Below, piece by piece: positions 8,824 to 19,192 of a DNA stretch of 64,000 nt. Every line of letters begins with the position of its first letter. Position 1 is the stretch's first letter. The notes under the pieces are model-generated. The model was given only the letters and a program-made list of their open reading frames with translations. It searched no databases and was not told the origin of the DNA. Source of the stretch: a virus (Duplodnaviria > Caudoviricetes); IMG/VR virus record IMGVR_UViG_3300021387_001066, positions 1 to 64,000 of that record, one strand, 5' to 3'. The position numbers and the translations under genes were made by a program.

Positions 8824-9285
8824 ATGCTGAAAGTAAGTTTTAAAGGTACGAAGTCTGACCCTGCAAAAAGAGTACAGAGAGTCAGCTTTAATGAAGTAAA
8901 AGTAACTCTGAATGGTATACTGCAAGTGCCATTAGGTGTGATTCCACTAGAGATGTGGGATTGGATTTTCAAATGCAAGAGTATAGAGTTCAGAGACTAC
9001 ACTATTACTGTGATAGGAATAGCTACTTGTAACAGTGAAGATGAATTTAATCTTGAAACTGGTGCAAGGCTTGCAGAAGCCAGAGCAAAAATTAAGCTCT
9101 ATGATTTTATGCTTAGGCTCAGTAAGAGGTTGTGTGTTTACTATTCAAAGCTTCTGTCAGGCAAGTCTCCAGTGGATACTATTTATCAATTCAACAAGCC
9201 CAGTTTGAACAGAAGCTATAACAAGTATAAGAGACTACTGACTACTGAGCTTAGTCACTTGGAAAAACTGCTGAAGGAATCATGA
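8824..9285 (+). CDS. hypothetical protein
   Basis: in-frame ATG at 8824; F..E.GARLAEARAK motif seen in small phage proteins. Confidence 0.6.
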   Translation: MLKVSFKGTKSDPAKRVQRVSFNEVKVTLNGILQVPLGVIPLEMWDWIFKCKSIEFRDYTITVIGIATCNSEDEFNLETGARLAEARAKIKLYDFMLRLSKRLCVYYSKLLSGKSPVDTIYQFNKPSLNRSYNKYKRLLTTELSHLEKLLKES

Positions 9286-10442
9286 GTAAATTTCAGGAGA
9301 TTCAAGAGGAAAATAAGAAAAGAAGAGAGAGGATATTAGAAGGTAAATACAACTGTCTGCCCTTTCCTTTTGAAAGATTTAGAAAGGTGTATCCTGGCGT
9401 TGAGCAGAGTAAATACTTGATTATCACCGCAAATCAAAAAATTGGAAAGAGCAAGTTTGCAGACTATATATTTGTTTATGAGCCTCTTTTCTATATGATG
9501 GAACACCCTGAATTAAAAGTAAAAGTTCTTTACTTTTCCCTTGAAATGTCTGCTAAAGAAAAGTACAATGAGTTTTTGTGCCATCTGCTGTACAGACTTG
9601 ACAAGATACATATTGATACAAGAGAACTTAGGAATGTAGACCACCCTTGTGATCCTAGGATATATGATTTACTTGAGACTGAAAGGTATCAAAAGTATAT
9701 CAGAGCGTATGAAGATATGGTTATATTCAATGATACTGACAAGAATCCAACTGGCATCAGAAAATTCTACAGGAAATATGCTTTAGAACATGGGCATTTC
9801 AACTATTTAGAGGGAGATGATGATGTAGCCAGTGATAACTTCGAGGACAAAAGACAGCTTGACCCTATTAAGCCTTATACTCAGGATGATGAGGATGAGT
9901 ATAGAATAATCATACTTGATAATGCGGCTAATATATCAACTGAGAAAGATTGTGAGACTCCTAAGAAAGCTATAGAAAAGGTATCAAAAGATGGCATACT
10001 TGCTAAGAAACAGCTTAATTACATCTTTGTACTTATTCAACATCAAGCTCAGGCACAAGAAGGCATAGAAAATATCAAACTGGGTAGAATGAGGCCTACT
10101 GCCGATGGTTTAGGAGATGCAAAGACAACTTCAAGAGATTTAAATTGCTTAATGGGACTTTATAAGCCTGCTAAATTTCTTGAGGAAACTGGAGAGAAAA
10201 TCTATAAAGGGTATGATATCTCACGTTTGAAAGATTATTGCAGATTCTTTGAAGTTATTGAAGACAGAGACTATGGAGCTGGAGGGTGTTTCACAGCTTT
10301 ATTCTTTGATGGTGCTACAAGTACATTTAAAGAATTACCAACCCCAGAAGAAAAAGAAGCTCTTGAAAAGTACTATAAATATGCAGAGTTTCTTGACAGC
10401 AGACAAGCACAGAAAGATTTAAAACTTGAAAGTCCTAAGTAA
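9282..10442 (+). CDS. DnaB-like replicative helicase
   Basis: ANQKIGKSKF Walker A variant, FSLEMS, IILDN, LIQHQ. Confidence 0.75.
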   Translation: MSKFQEIQEENKKRRERILEGKYNCLPFPFERFRKVYPGVEQSKYLIITANQKIGKSKFADYIFVYEPLFYMMEHPELKVKVLYFSLEMSAKEKYNEFLCHLLYRLDKIHIDTRELRNVDHPCDPRIYDLLETERYQKYIRAYEDMVIFNDTDKNPTGIRKFYRKYALEHGHFNYLEGDDDVASDNFEDKRQLDPIKPYTQDDEDEYRIIILDNAANISTEKDCETPKKAIEKVSKDGILAKKQLNYIFVLIQHQAQAQEGIENIKLGRMRPTADGLGDAKTTSRDLNCLMGLYKPAKFLEETGEKIYKGYDISRLKDYCRFFEVIEDRDYGAGGCFTALFFDGATSTFKELPTPEEKEALEKYYKYAEFLDSRQAQKDLKLESPK

Positions 10443-10500
10443 AATCCTTCAAAGTTTTTAGAGTAATTAAAAGCAAGTTACCTATGAATATTCTCATGGG

Positions 10501-10508
10501 TATATTTG
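10501..10508 (+). promoter_or_regulatory. Bacteroidota -7 element TATATTTG
   Basis: TAnnTTTG in the intergenic gap, about 35 nt before the ATG. Confidence 0.6.
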
Positions 10509-10543
10509 TAGTCCATAACAATTAAAAGAGTAGAAGTTTTAAA

Positions 10544-11359
10544 ATGAGTGAAATTGTATTGCCTACTGAACGTAGGAAAGCAACTGACTACAATCCAAGA
10601 TTGTTAGTTCTCTTTGGTAAGCCTAAGAGTGGTAAGTCATCTCTTATGGCATCTTTGGATAATAATCTTATCATTGATTTGGAAGATGGCTATAGGTCTC
10701 TTGATGTAATGTGTGTACAGGCAAGAAATGCTGCAGATATTTTTAACATTAAGAGTGCTATTGAAAAGAAGAATAAGGAAAATGATGGAAAGCCTTTCTA
10801 TAGATTTATCACTATTGATAATGCTACAAGACTTGAAGAGATGTCACTTCCCTATGCTGCAGCTTTATATCGCCAAACTTCAATGGGAGCTTCTTGGGGA
10901 TTTAAGAAGGATAAGATTGGGAATATTCTTAAGGATGCTAATGGAAAGAGTATACCAGATCCAAAAGCTGATGTAAGACAGCTCCCAAACGGTGCTGGTT
11001 ATCTCTACATGAGGAACGCTCTTAAGGAAATGGTAGGCATGTTCAGACCTCTTTGTGATACTCTTATCCTTGTATGTCATGTGAAGGATAAGCAAATCAA
11101 GAAGAATGAGGAAGAGACTACTGAGATGGCTGTAGACTTGGCTGGTAAGACTGGTGATATTATCTGTGGTGAAGCTGATGCTATTGGGTATGTATCAAGA
11201 CAAGATAATAAGACCTTGCTTACTTTTAAAGGTGGAGATAATACTATCAGAGGCTCAAGACCTCTTCATCTGAGAGAGAAAACCTTTATAGTAGCAGAGT
11301 CTGACCCAGATGGAAATCTTAAAGTAGATATGTCACAGATTTTCCTTGATAAGCAGTAA
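10544..11359 (+). CDS. AAA/RecA-fold ATPase (Sak4/AAA_24-like recombination protein)
   Basis: FGKPKSGKSS, ITIDN, LVCHVKD, ADAIGY. Confidence 0.8.
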   Translation: MSEIVLPTERRKATDYNPRLLVLFGKPKSGKSSLMASLDNNLIIDLEDGYRSLDVMCVQARNAADIFNIKSAIEKKNKENDGKPFYRFITIDNATRLEEMSLPYAAALYRQTSMGASWGFKKDKIGNILKDANGKSIPDPKADVRQLPNGAGYLYMRNALKEMVGMFRPLCDTLILVCHVKDKQIKKNEEETTEMAVDLAGKTGDIICGEADAIGYVSRQDNKTLLTFKGGDNTIRGSRPLHLREKTFIVAESDPDGNLKVDMSQIFLDKQ

Positions 11360-11361
11360 TT

Positions 11362-11715
11362 ATGGAGAAGAGAATATCTATAGCACAGTTTCAGGCTGTG
11401 AAGAGAGTGGCACAGGCATGTAGCCCTATTGAGAACAGAAGAGCTATTGTAAAGGCTAAGATTGATAAGCTTCAAGAGGAGTATGATGAATATACCGACC
11501 AAATTAATGCACTTAGTGAAGGTGTTGAGAATATGCTTGGTGTATGTGTTGATGAGCTTATCAAGAAGGTAGTAGAACCAGGAATAGACTATAAGGGTAA
11601 TCCTACCAAGACTACCAAGTTCTTGCCTACAAGCATTGTGTCCTATGATGAAGCTAAGAAACAGTATATCATTACCATTCCGAGTGAGGATGAAGTTACT
11701 GTCTTAGGAGCATGA
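11362..11715 (+). CDS. hypothetical coiled-coil protein
   Basis: ORF track. Confidence 0.65.
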   Translation: MEKRISIAQFQAVKRVAQACSPIENRRAIVKAKIDKLQEEYDEYTDQINALSEGVENMLGVCVDELIKKVVEPGIDYKGNPTKTTKFLPTSIVSYDEAKKQYIITIPSEDEVTVLGA

Positions 11716-11760
11716 AGAAATTAATCGTTTAATTATAATCAATTTAATTTATTTAAAATT

Positions 11761-12681
11761 ATGGAAGAGTTAAAGAACAGTTATTCATTTCTTGTAATTG
11801 GTGGCACTCAGGAATCTACAGAGACTCAAGGTTTCAAGAGGTATGTAGGTCTTGCCAGTTCAAAGGTGCTGGCAGTAAACCCAAATAAGAAGCAGCTTGA
11901 TGAGCTGATGGGTTTTGAGAGTGCCAATGAGCCTGAATATGTAGTTGATACTGATAATGGCAAAGAGGCAAGGATTACCTTCATTGTAAGAACTGACCCA
12001 GAAGCTAATAATGGTATTGAGATTACCAATCGCCTGATGTTTACCTTGCGTAGTGCTGCTGCTTACAATAAGGACCAGACCAAAGTGCAGGTTATTGATG
12101 AGTATGGTGACTTTGTATGGGCTGATACTGAGGATGTAAAGAACCACAAGAAGCTGATGAATGCGAATGGTACTGAAATGAGAATCTCTACAAACTATCG
12201 CATTGCTTGTGTAGGTGAGTGTGCCTTGGTTGATTTTCTGAAGAACTTCTTGTGTGTCAAGAGTGCCTATGAGTATAAGAATGGTGTGTGGGTAAGAAAG
12301 CCAGAAGCTCAGGCTGCAGAAGGCAAGTTTACCTTAGAGCACATTAAGGATTATTTCAAGGGTGATTTCTCTGAGCTTAGAGAAGCTCTTGCATACCAGC
12401 CTAACAATAAGGTCAAACTGCTGTATGGTGTGAGAACTACCGATGATAACAAGCAGTATCAGACAATCTGCACAAGAGAGCAGTTCTTCCTTCGCAATAA
12501 TGCTAATGCAACAGCAGAAGAGAGATTAGCAAAGAGGCTGGCAGACTCTAAGGCTAATGGTTCATTTGCAACAACAGAATATAAGGTACAGCCTTTGACA
12601 GAGTATACCATACAGCCAACTCCTCTGGAGAATGTGCCAACAGCTTCAGAAGATACTGGCAGTGATCTTCCTTGGGAATAA
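11761..12681 (+). CDS. putative single-stranded DNA-binding protein
   Basis: acidic tail ending SDLPWE; lies between the ATPase and primase. Confidence 0.5.
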   Translation: MEELKNSYSFLVIGGTQESTETQGFKRYVGLASSKVLAVNPNKKQLDELMGFESANEPEYVVDTDNGKEARITFIVRTDPEANNGIEITNRLMFTLRSAAAYNKDQTKVQVIDEYGDFVWADTEDVKNHKKLMNANGTEMRISTNYRIACVGECALVDFLKNFLCVKSAYEYKNGVWVRKPEAQAAEGKFTLEHIKDYFKGDFSELREALAYQPNNKVKLLYGVRTTDDNKQYQTICTREQFFLRNNANATAEERLAKRLADSKANGSFATTEYKVQPLTEYTIQPTPLENVPTASEDTGSDLPWE

Positions 12682-12716
12682 AAACTGAATAACTAACCCT
12701 TCTAAATGATAATCTT

Positions 12717-13715
12717 ATGGTTATAGGTAAGACTTCCTCAAGTATATCTAAAGCAGAGATTTTCAACAAGTACAGTGAAGCAGAGGTAATAGCCTCTGTC
12801 TTCCCTGAAATTAAGTCCCTTCCTTGTCTTATATGCTCACCTCTTAGGGTAGACAAGAAGCCTTCACTGAGTATCTATGTAAGTAATGGTGGGCATGTAT
12901 ATCTGAAAGACCATGCAACAAAGGAACATTATGGGTTGCTGGATTTTCTTTGTGCTTATTGGAGCTGTGGATTCAAGGAGTGCTTGGATAGGATATGCAG
13001 CCTATTTATAGCTAAGGATGCTATAGATATTAAACCTAAAGCTATTAGGACTCTGACCAGAAAGGAGGCAGATACTCTTACCCAGATACAGGTGGCAGTA
13101 AGACCTTGGAGGGACTATGATTATAAATATTGGGCTGACTATGGTGTTGAGAAGCAATGGTTAAAGTATGCTGGAATACTGCCTATCAGCCATAAGATTG
13201 TCACTAAGAAGGAAAATCCCCATGATAAAGGGAAAACCTATATCTTTCCAGCAGACAAACTTGCCTATGTCTTTGTAGAGAAGAAAGAGGGAAGACTTTC
13301 AATCAAGATTTATCAGCCATATTCCAAAGACTTCAAGTGGTGTTCTAAGATGGATGCCAGTATAGTAGGACTGTGGACCAAGATACCTGAATATGGTGAT
13401 AGGGTAGTACTATGCTCTTCTATGAAGGATGCGCTTTGCCTATCGTGTAATCTTCATATACCTACACTATGCCTACAAGGAGAAGGCTATGGGATGTCTG
13501 ATACAGCAGTAAATGAATTAAAGAGAAGATACAAGAAAGTGTTTATCTGCTTTGATACAGATGCCCCAGGTCTTGAGGATGGCAAAAAACTGGCAGAAAA
13601 GACAGGCTTTATTAATGTGGTGCCTGATTTAGGAGCTGAGAAAGATTTGAGTGACTACTATAAATCACTTAAAGATAAAGAACAATTCAAACAACTAGAA
13701 AAACTATTCAACTAA
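12717..13715 (+). CDS. DNA primase (DnaG-type)
   Basis: CSPLRVDKKPS..KDH N-terminal Zn-binding-like region; Toprim SMKDAL, GEG, FDTDAPG. Confidence 0.85.
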   Translation: MVIGKTSSSISKAEIFNKYSEAEVIASVFPEIKSLPCLICSPLRVDKKPSLSIYVSNGGHVYLKDHATKEHYGLLDFLCAYWSCGFKECLDRICSLFIAKDAIDIKPKAIRTLTRKEADTLTQIQVAVRPWRDYDYKYWADYGVEKQWLKYAGILPISHKIVTKKENPHDKGKTYIFPADKLAYVFVEKKEGRLSIKIYQPYSKDFKWCSKMDASIVGLWTKIPEYGDRVVLCSSMKDALCLSCNLHIPTLCLQGEGYGMSDTAVNELKRRYKKVFICFDTDAPGLEDGKKLAEKTGFINVVPDLGAEKDLSDYYKSLKDKEQFKQLEKLFN

Positions 13716-13731
13716 TTAAAACTAAAACATT

Positions 13732-14124
13732 ATGGCAGAAAAGAAGTTAAATGTCCTTGGAATGGACGTGTTTATGACAGCAGCTATCAAGCGTAGTTAT
13801 CAGAATGTAAAGCCTTTGATTAACAAGAGAATGAAGGCTGAGCAGAAGATGAAGGATGCACAGAGAGAGATTGAGATGATTAATGAGCAGATTGATGCTA
13901 TGGATATCTTTGCTAAGACTACCTCTAAGAAGGCTTGTGGCTTTGAGCTTACTTCAGAGCAGTGCATGCACTTCATTGAGAATCCAGAAGAGTTTGAGAA
14001 GTTCAAGAATGCACAGAATCCACTTTTTGAGGCACAGGATATGCCCACAGCAGGCAGTGACTTTGATGTAGACAAAGTGCCTACACCAGAACCAATGTAT
14101 GACGAGGCAGCTAACTGGAACTAA
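13732..14124 (+). CDS. hypothetical protein
   Basis: ORF track; AT-rich leader. Confidence 0.7.
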   Translation: MAEKKLNVLGMDVFMTAAIKRSYQNVKPLINKRMKAEQKMKDAQREIEMINEQIDAMDIFAKTTSKKACGFELTSEQCMHFIENPEEFEKFKNAQNPLFEAQDMPTAGSDFDVDKVPTPEPMYDEAANWN

Positions 14125-14145
14125 TAACTTTTAAAACATAGTACT

Positions 14146-14403
14146 ATGGATAGAAAAGAAGCTTATCAGAAGATTAAGGAGTATAATCTCCAAGATGCAG
14201 TTATGAAAGTATCGGGTAAAAACTTTACCCAGACTTCCACAGAAGTGCTTGTACATGTAATCAGCACTTATGAGGATGCTAATACTAAGGAAGCAAAAAC
14301 TCCTGTTACAGAGTCTGTAGATACTCTTGAGGGAGCATGCCTTGCATTCCTTGGTATTCTGAAGGATACAGGAAATCTTGATTCCCTGCTTGCAAAACTT
14401 TGA
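14146..14403 (+). CDS. hypothetical protein
   Basis: ORF track. Confidence 0.65.
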   Translation: MDRKEAYQKIKEYNLQDAVMKVSGKNFTQTSTEVLVHVISTYEDANTKEAKTPVTESVDTLEGACLAFLGILKDTGNLDSLLAKL

Positions 14404-14418
14404 TTGTTGCCATGACTG

Positions 14419-14452
14419 AAGGGGGTGTACTGTGTGGGTGCATCCCCTTTTT
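14419..14452 (+). terminator. intrinsic terminator
   Basis: GGGGGTGTAC / GTGCATCCCC stem followed by T5. Confidence 0.7.
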
Positions 14453-14473
14453 ATTACTTAAAATTGACATAAG

Positions 14474-16684
14474 ATGATAATAAAAAGAGATGAAAGTGAA
14501 GTAGCTGTACTTGGGGAAGTACAGAAATATAAAGTAAGCATAGATGAGAGGAATATCAATCACATTGTTACCATCCTTTCATCAAACCTTTATTCTCACC
14601 CAATGTCTTCCTTCCTGAGGGAAACTGTAAGCAATGCCATAGATTCGCACAAAGAAGCTGGTGTAGATGAGCCTATTATAATTACCATTACAGACAAGGA
14701 TATTGCAATCAGGGATTTTGGTACAGGCATATCCCCAGAGAGATTTGAGCAGATTTACATAAACATAGGAAGTTCTACCAAGAGAGAAAGTAATGAATAT
14801 ATAGGGTCTTTCGGTCTTGGTCGCTTTAGTTGCCTGAGTGTCAGTGACTTAGCTAATGTTACAAGCTTTTATAATGGTAAGGCTTATTACTATGTGATGA
14901 ATAAGGACATAGACCAACTTCATATAGATTTGCTGTTTGAGAAGGATACTGATGAGCAGAATGGTGTAGAAGTAAAGATACCTTACACTGATAAGATAGC
15001 ACCAGATGATCTCAGATGTCTGACATTCATCAAGAATATCTACATTGAAGATAAAAGACGGTCTTTGTATTATAATACATCAGATACAGAGGATTTCAAT
15101 AAAAGGAAAATCCATGCATATAAGACTTTCAAGACTTGCATAGTAAACGGAAGGTTCAGCTCTTATACTGATAGGTTTGGTGTGTTGGTTGGAGATATAC
15201 TCTATCCTGTAGACTACTCACAAATTGCCTCAGATACTGTAAATGATTCTTGGAAAGACACCTTTAACACAGTACGCCCATGTGTAGAGATTGGCAGTGT
15301 AGATGTTACTCCAAACAGAGAGGAACTGTTATATTCAGAGAGAACTAAGAGAGCACTTACAAAGGCTTTTGAAGCTACTATTGCAGAACTTACTGAGTAT
15401 TGGAATATACAGTGCAGTAGTGAAAAGAAGGACTTCATAGAGTTTGCGGATGATATATGTAACCACTATTATAACATATTGCATTTAGATGAAGATGTTA
15501 TAGATCTGAGCAGAAGGCTTCCGTACAATTTCAAGTACAACGGCTTTGAGGGCTTTCCTTCAAAGGATGTGAGATTAATAGTTCAGACATTCTATAATAG
15601 GTTTGTGAATGGTTTTCTTGTTTATGATGGAAGCTCTGTGAGAAGAGGTGAAAGTTATACAAAGCTACGTATTTCACAGTTGTTTGACCGTGCTAGGGAT
15701 GGTTGGAAAATCATAGCTGCTCCAAGTTACGCAGGTTTTAGTGGAAAGTATATAGACGGATTCATCAGAGAAACCTATGGGTTTAACAAAGTGTTTATCA
15801 CACACCAGATTAAACCTACCTTAAGATGGATTAAGGCATTGCACAGGGAACATTGTGGCACTTTGTGTGCTACTTCCATGACACCTATATTCTTTAAGGT
15901 AATAAGGGAACTCTCTAATCTCTATAAGAAATATGTTGAGGAGAAGGATATTATAGGCAGTGAAGAATACCAGCAGTATAAGAAGGATAACAGAGAAGTC
16001 TCTTCTTTCCAGAACATGAAGGATAAGTCTGAATATATCTTTCATATCTATAATGGTGGTACTTTGGAAGAGAAATATACTGGAACGGTAGACATGCTGA
16101 TAAGAAAGCTAAAGTGGTCCAATAGGAAACTTAGAATAGTATATGCTCCTTTGAATAGTCCTTTCACAACCAGTCTTATGAGACTAAAATACCCAAATCT
16201 TTGTGTAGTAGAGCTTGCAAAAGGTGCTTATAAGCTTGCAGAGAAGGGATTATTCCCTAAATGGGTAAAGCCTGTTGAAAGTATCTATTCACCTACGGAC
16301 AAGCATCTTTGCAGGTATGCCACTATACAATATCTTCGTTCACAAGGCTATGTATCAGAGTCATATTTCTACATGATACCACAAGATATTGTGGAAGATT
16401 TCAAGTATCTTAACAGAATGAGTGAGAAATATAGTCCAGGAAGCAGTATGGACAGGTCCATCCTTGATATTGTTCCAGAGGAGAACTATGACAAGCAGAT
16501 AATAGGTGCCTACAAGCGTGTTAAGTCATACATAGACCTTATAAACAGTTGTTACGGCTATAATAGTGACCTTTTCTGGTACAAATTGATAAAATCCAAG
16601 AAGATAAGACTTGACTTAAAATGTTGTGCTAAGCTGCTTAGGGAGAAAATCAGACCGATAGAAGAAATAATTTCAAAACTTTGA
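14474..16684 (+). CDS. rIIA: rIIA-like protein (GHKL ATPase N-terminus)
   Basis: LRETVSNAIDSH, DFGTGIS, GSFGLG, TPNREEL; followed by a rIIB-like gene. Confidence 0.85.
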   Translation: MIIKRDESEVAVLGEVQKYKVSIDERNINHIVTILSSNLYSHPMSSFLRETVSNAIDSHKEAGVDEPIIITITDKDIAIRDFGTGISPERFEQIYINIGSSTKRESNEYIGSFGLGRFSCLSVSDLANVTSFYNGKAYYYVMNKDIDQLHIDLLFEKDTDEQNGVEVKIPYTDKIAPDDLRCLTFIKNIYIEDKRRSLYYNTSDTEDFNKRKIHAYKTFKTCIVNGRFSSYTDRFGVLVGDILYPVDYSQIASDTVNDSWKDTFNTVRPCVEIGSVDVTPNREELLYSERTKRALTKAFEATIAELTEYWNIQCSSEKKDFIEFADDICNHYYNILHLDEDVIDLSRRLPYNFKYNGFEGFPSKDVRLIVQTFYNRFVNGFLVYDGSSVRRGESYTKLRISQLFDRARDGWKIIAAPSYAGFSGKYIDGFIRETYGFNKVFITHQIKPTLRWIKALHREHCGTLCATSMTPIFFKVIRELSNLYKKYVEEKDIIGSEEYQQYKKDNREVSSFQNMKDKSEYIFHIYNGGTLEEKYTGTVDMLIRKLKWSNRKLRIVYAPLNSPFTTSLMRLKYPNLCVVELAKGAYKLAEKGLFPKWVKPVESIYSPTDKHLCRYATIQYLRSQGYVSESYFYMIPQDIVEDFKYLNRMSEKYSPGSSMDRSILDIVPEENYDKQIIGAYKRVKSYIDLINSCYGYNSDLFWYKLIKSKKIRLDLKCCAKLLREKIRPIEEIISKL

Positions 16685-16687
16685 AAT

Positions 16688-17689
16688 ATGAGAATAATAA
16701 GATGTAAGAACAGCTTGACAGCAGTACTTTCTGACGGAAGAGTTATTCAGACAGCAGATTGTACTGACGAAATGTTTGAGAAAGTAAAGGAATTTCAGAA
16801 GGAAGATAATGAGTTTGAGCTTATAAATCTTCTTATTCCTGAAGAGCCTGACAAGGAAGATGCTTACAGAACCTACTTTGTAGAAGTCACTGAAAAGGCA
16901 CAGTCTTCTGAGATACTTGAAATTGTGAAGAGAGGTGATGAAGTAAGCATGTATTGGAAGAATGTATCTCCATTGTCACTTCCTCCAGAGCTTGCTGAGA
17001 GGATTCTTGAAGCAGAGAAGAACGGTGATGATGAACTCATAAAGACCTATGCAAACTTCTGGACTCTTCTGTCTCTCAATCCTGATGAAGTTGTACGAAG
17101 GAATTTGTTTAAATTCCTGAATAAATGGGGTATGGTGATATCTAAATCTGGATTGTTTGTAGGCTATAGGAATGTAGATGTCAAGTATCTTGGAGAAACT
17201 CCTGAGGACACTATCTATACAGACCATCATAGCCATTCAACTACCATTAAGATTGGATGTGTAACTTCCATTCCTAGAAGTAGTTGTAACAATGACAGCG
17301 GTGTGGAATGTAGTAGTGGATTACATATAGGAGGTACAAGCTGGCTTCAGCAACACTATTTTGGTGATACAGGCTTGGTATGCTTGGTAAATCCAGTTGA
17401 TGTAGTTGCAGTGCCTTGGGCTTCAGCAGAGTATGGTAAAATCAGAACATGTGCATACCTTCCTATTGGAGTTGCCCAGTATGACTATGCTGGTTGTATT
17501 ATCCCATATACAGATAAGGATGGCTTTGATTCCAAGTATGTGAAGACCATTCTTTATGATGGTATAATGAGTCCAGAGAAAAACCCTGAATATAGTGTTG
17601 TTATCAGAGATCGTGAAAGCTATTCTGACTATAAGACTGTCTCAGACAAATTACTTGAAGTTGCAAGAAAATTCATCAAGGATATTTAA
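16688..17689 (+). CDS. rIIB: rIIB-like protein
   Basis: FVGYRNV, ECSSGLH, VNPVDVVAVP, KIRTC; adjacent to rIIA. Confidence 0.85.
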   Translation: MRIIRCKNSLTAVLSDGRVIQTADCTDEMFEKVKEFQKEDNEFELINLLIPEEPDKEDAYRTYFVEVTEKAQSSEILEIVKRGDEVSMYWKNVSPLSLPPELAERILEAEKNGDDELIKTYANFWTLLSLNPDEVVRRNLFKFLNKWGMVISKSGLFVGYRNVDVKYLGETPEDTIYTDHHSHSTTIKIGCVTSIPRSSCNNDSGVECSSGLHIGGTSWLQQHYFGDTGLVCLVNPVDVVAVPWASAEYGKIRTCAYLPIGVAQYDYAGCIIPYTDKDGFDSKYVKTILYDGIMSPEKNPEYSVVIRDRESYSDYKTVSDKLLEVARKFIKDI

Positions 17690-18372
17690 TGACTATCGAA
17701 GAATACTTTGGAGATTGGTGTAGGGTGATAGACATAAAGGAAGCAGAATATAAGGCTAGGCTTCTGGCTTCTTCCCCAGTGTCTGTCTGCCCTATGCCAA
17801 GAGATATGTATAGAGCCTTTGAACTATGCTCTCTTGAGAAATTAAGAGTGGTAATACTTGGGCAGGATCCATATCCAGACTATATAGATGGAAAACCTAG
17901 GGCAACTGGTATTGCTTTTGCTAATTCTCCAGATATTCCAGAAGCTAAAATCTCCCCTTCATTAGAGATTCTAAGGGAATCTGTTATTGACTTTACCATT
18001 CCTCATGGAATAGTTAACTTTGACCAGAGTTTGGAAGAGTGGGAAAGGCAGGGGGTGTTGTTACTAAATACAGCACTTTCTTGTGAGAAAGGAATCATTG
18101 GTTCACATATATCTTTGTGGAAGTATTTCATAAAATCCTTTCTTACTAATCTATCCAGACAAACTACAGGAATAGTGTATATCTTGATGGGCAGCCAAGC
18201 CCAATCATTTGAACCCTTCATAGATAAAAGTTCAAATCATATTATCAGGATAAGACACCCTTCCTACTATGCAAGAACCCATACCAGAATGCCCTCTGAC
18301 ATCTGGAATGAGGTGAATGACATCCTGCTAAAGCAGAATGGCTGTAAGATAGAATGGTACAAAGAATATTAA
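17689..18372 (+). CDS. ung: uracil-DNA glycosylase (family 1)
   Basis: VVILGQDPYP, QGVLLLNT, HPS. Confidence 0.9.
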   Translation: MTIEEYFGDWCRVIDIKEAEYKARLLASSPVSVCPMPRDMYRAFELCSLEKLRVVILGQDPYPDYIDGKPRATGIAFANSPDIPEAKISPSLEILRESVIDFTIPHGIVNFDQSLEEWERQGVLLLNTALSCEKGIIGSHISLWKYFIKSFLTNLSRQTTGIVYILMGSQAQSFEPFIDKSSNHIIRIRHPSYYARTHTRMPSDIWNEVNDILLKQNGCKIEWYKEY

Positions 18373-18390
18373 CTATAAAATAAAGGAGTT

Positions 18391-18762
18391 ATGGAAAAGT
18401 ATTTTATGAAGGGTACAGATGATGTACTGGAATTTGGAGACCAGATTGTGTTGGATTTCTCAAGTAAGGATGAAGAGGGCAAGACTACCCATCATCATTT
18501 AGACTGCAAGTTTATTCCTGTGCTTGTAGATACTCTCCTGGAAAATGACATCATTGAAGTAAGAGAAGTTGAAGGGGATGAAGAAGAGACAGATACTCTT
18601 GACTTTGGAGACATTGAACTTGAAGAGGCTATTGAGGATATCCTTGGCAATCAGGAGGATATGAAGGATATGCTTATGCATCTTTTAGAGAAGGTAGCCT
18701 ATTTGATAGAGTTGGTAGAAGCAAAGCCTAAGAAGGATGTCAAAAAGTCAGCAGGAAAATAA
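18391..18762 (+). CDS. acidic hypothetical protein
   Basis: ORF track. Confidence 0.65.
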   Translation: MEKYFMKGTDDVLEFGDQIVLDFSSKDEEGKTTHHHLDCKFIPVLVDTLLENDIIEVREVEGDEEETDTLDFGDIELEEAIEDILGNQEDMKDMLMHLLEKVAYLIELVEAKPKKDVKKSAGK

Positions 18763-19186
18763 GAAGGTAAAGAATGCCCATCCTTTGGAGTATCAGGGAA
18801 TTCAGTTCAAGTCACAGCTTGAAAAGATGACCTATGTTACTCTGAAGGAAGCAGGCTTTCCTGTAGAGTATGAGCCAAGGACTTTTACTCTGTGGGAAGG
18901 TATGAAGCCTACTGTTCCCTTTTATGACAAGGACAAGGTGTCAAGGATGCTGAAGCTTAACGATAAGAAGATGATAAGCATTAAGCATACACCAGACTTT
19001 GTATTTGAATACAAAGGATATCTTGTAATCATAGAATCGAAGGGCCTTGAGACAGATAGGTACTTTCTTTACAAAAAACTATTTAGGGCATGGCTTGAAG
19101 AGCATGAACCTAAGAGTATATTCTTTGAGATATACTCTAAGAAACAGCTTCTGCAGGCTATAGAAATCATTAAAAACTTAAATTAA
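18737..19186 (+). CDS. PD-(D/E)XK endonuclease (T7 endonuclease I/DUF1064-like, probable resolvase)
   Basis: FKSQLE, VEYEP, HTPDF, IESKG. Confidence 0.75.
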   Translation: MSKSQQENKKVKNAHPLEYQGIQFKSQLEKMTYVTLKEAGFPVEYEPRTFTLWEGMKPTVPFYDKDKVSRMLKLNDKKMISIKHTPDFVFEYKGYLVIIESKGLETDRYFLYKKLFRAWLEEHEPKSIFFEIYSKKQLLQAIEIIKNLN

Positions 19187-19192
19187 GACATT

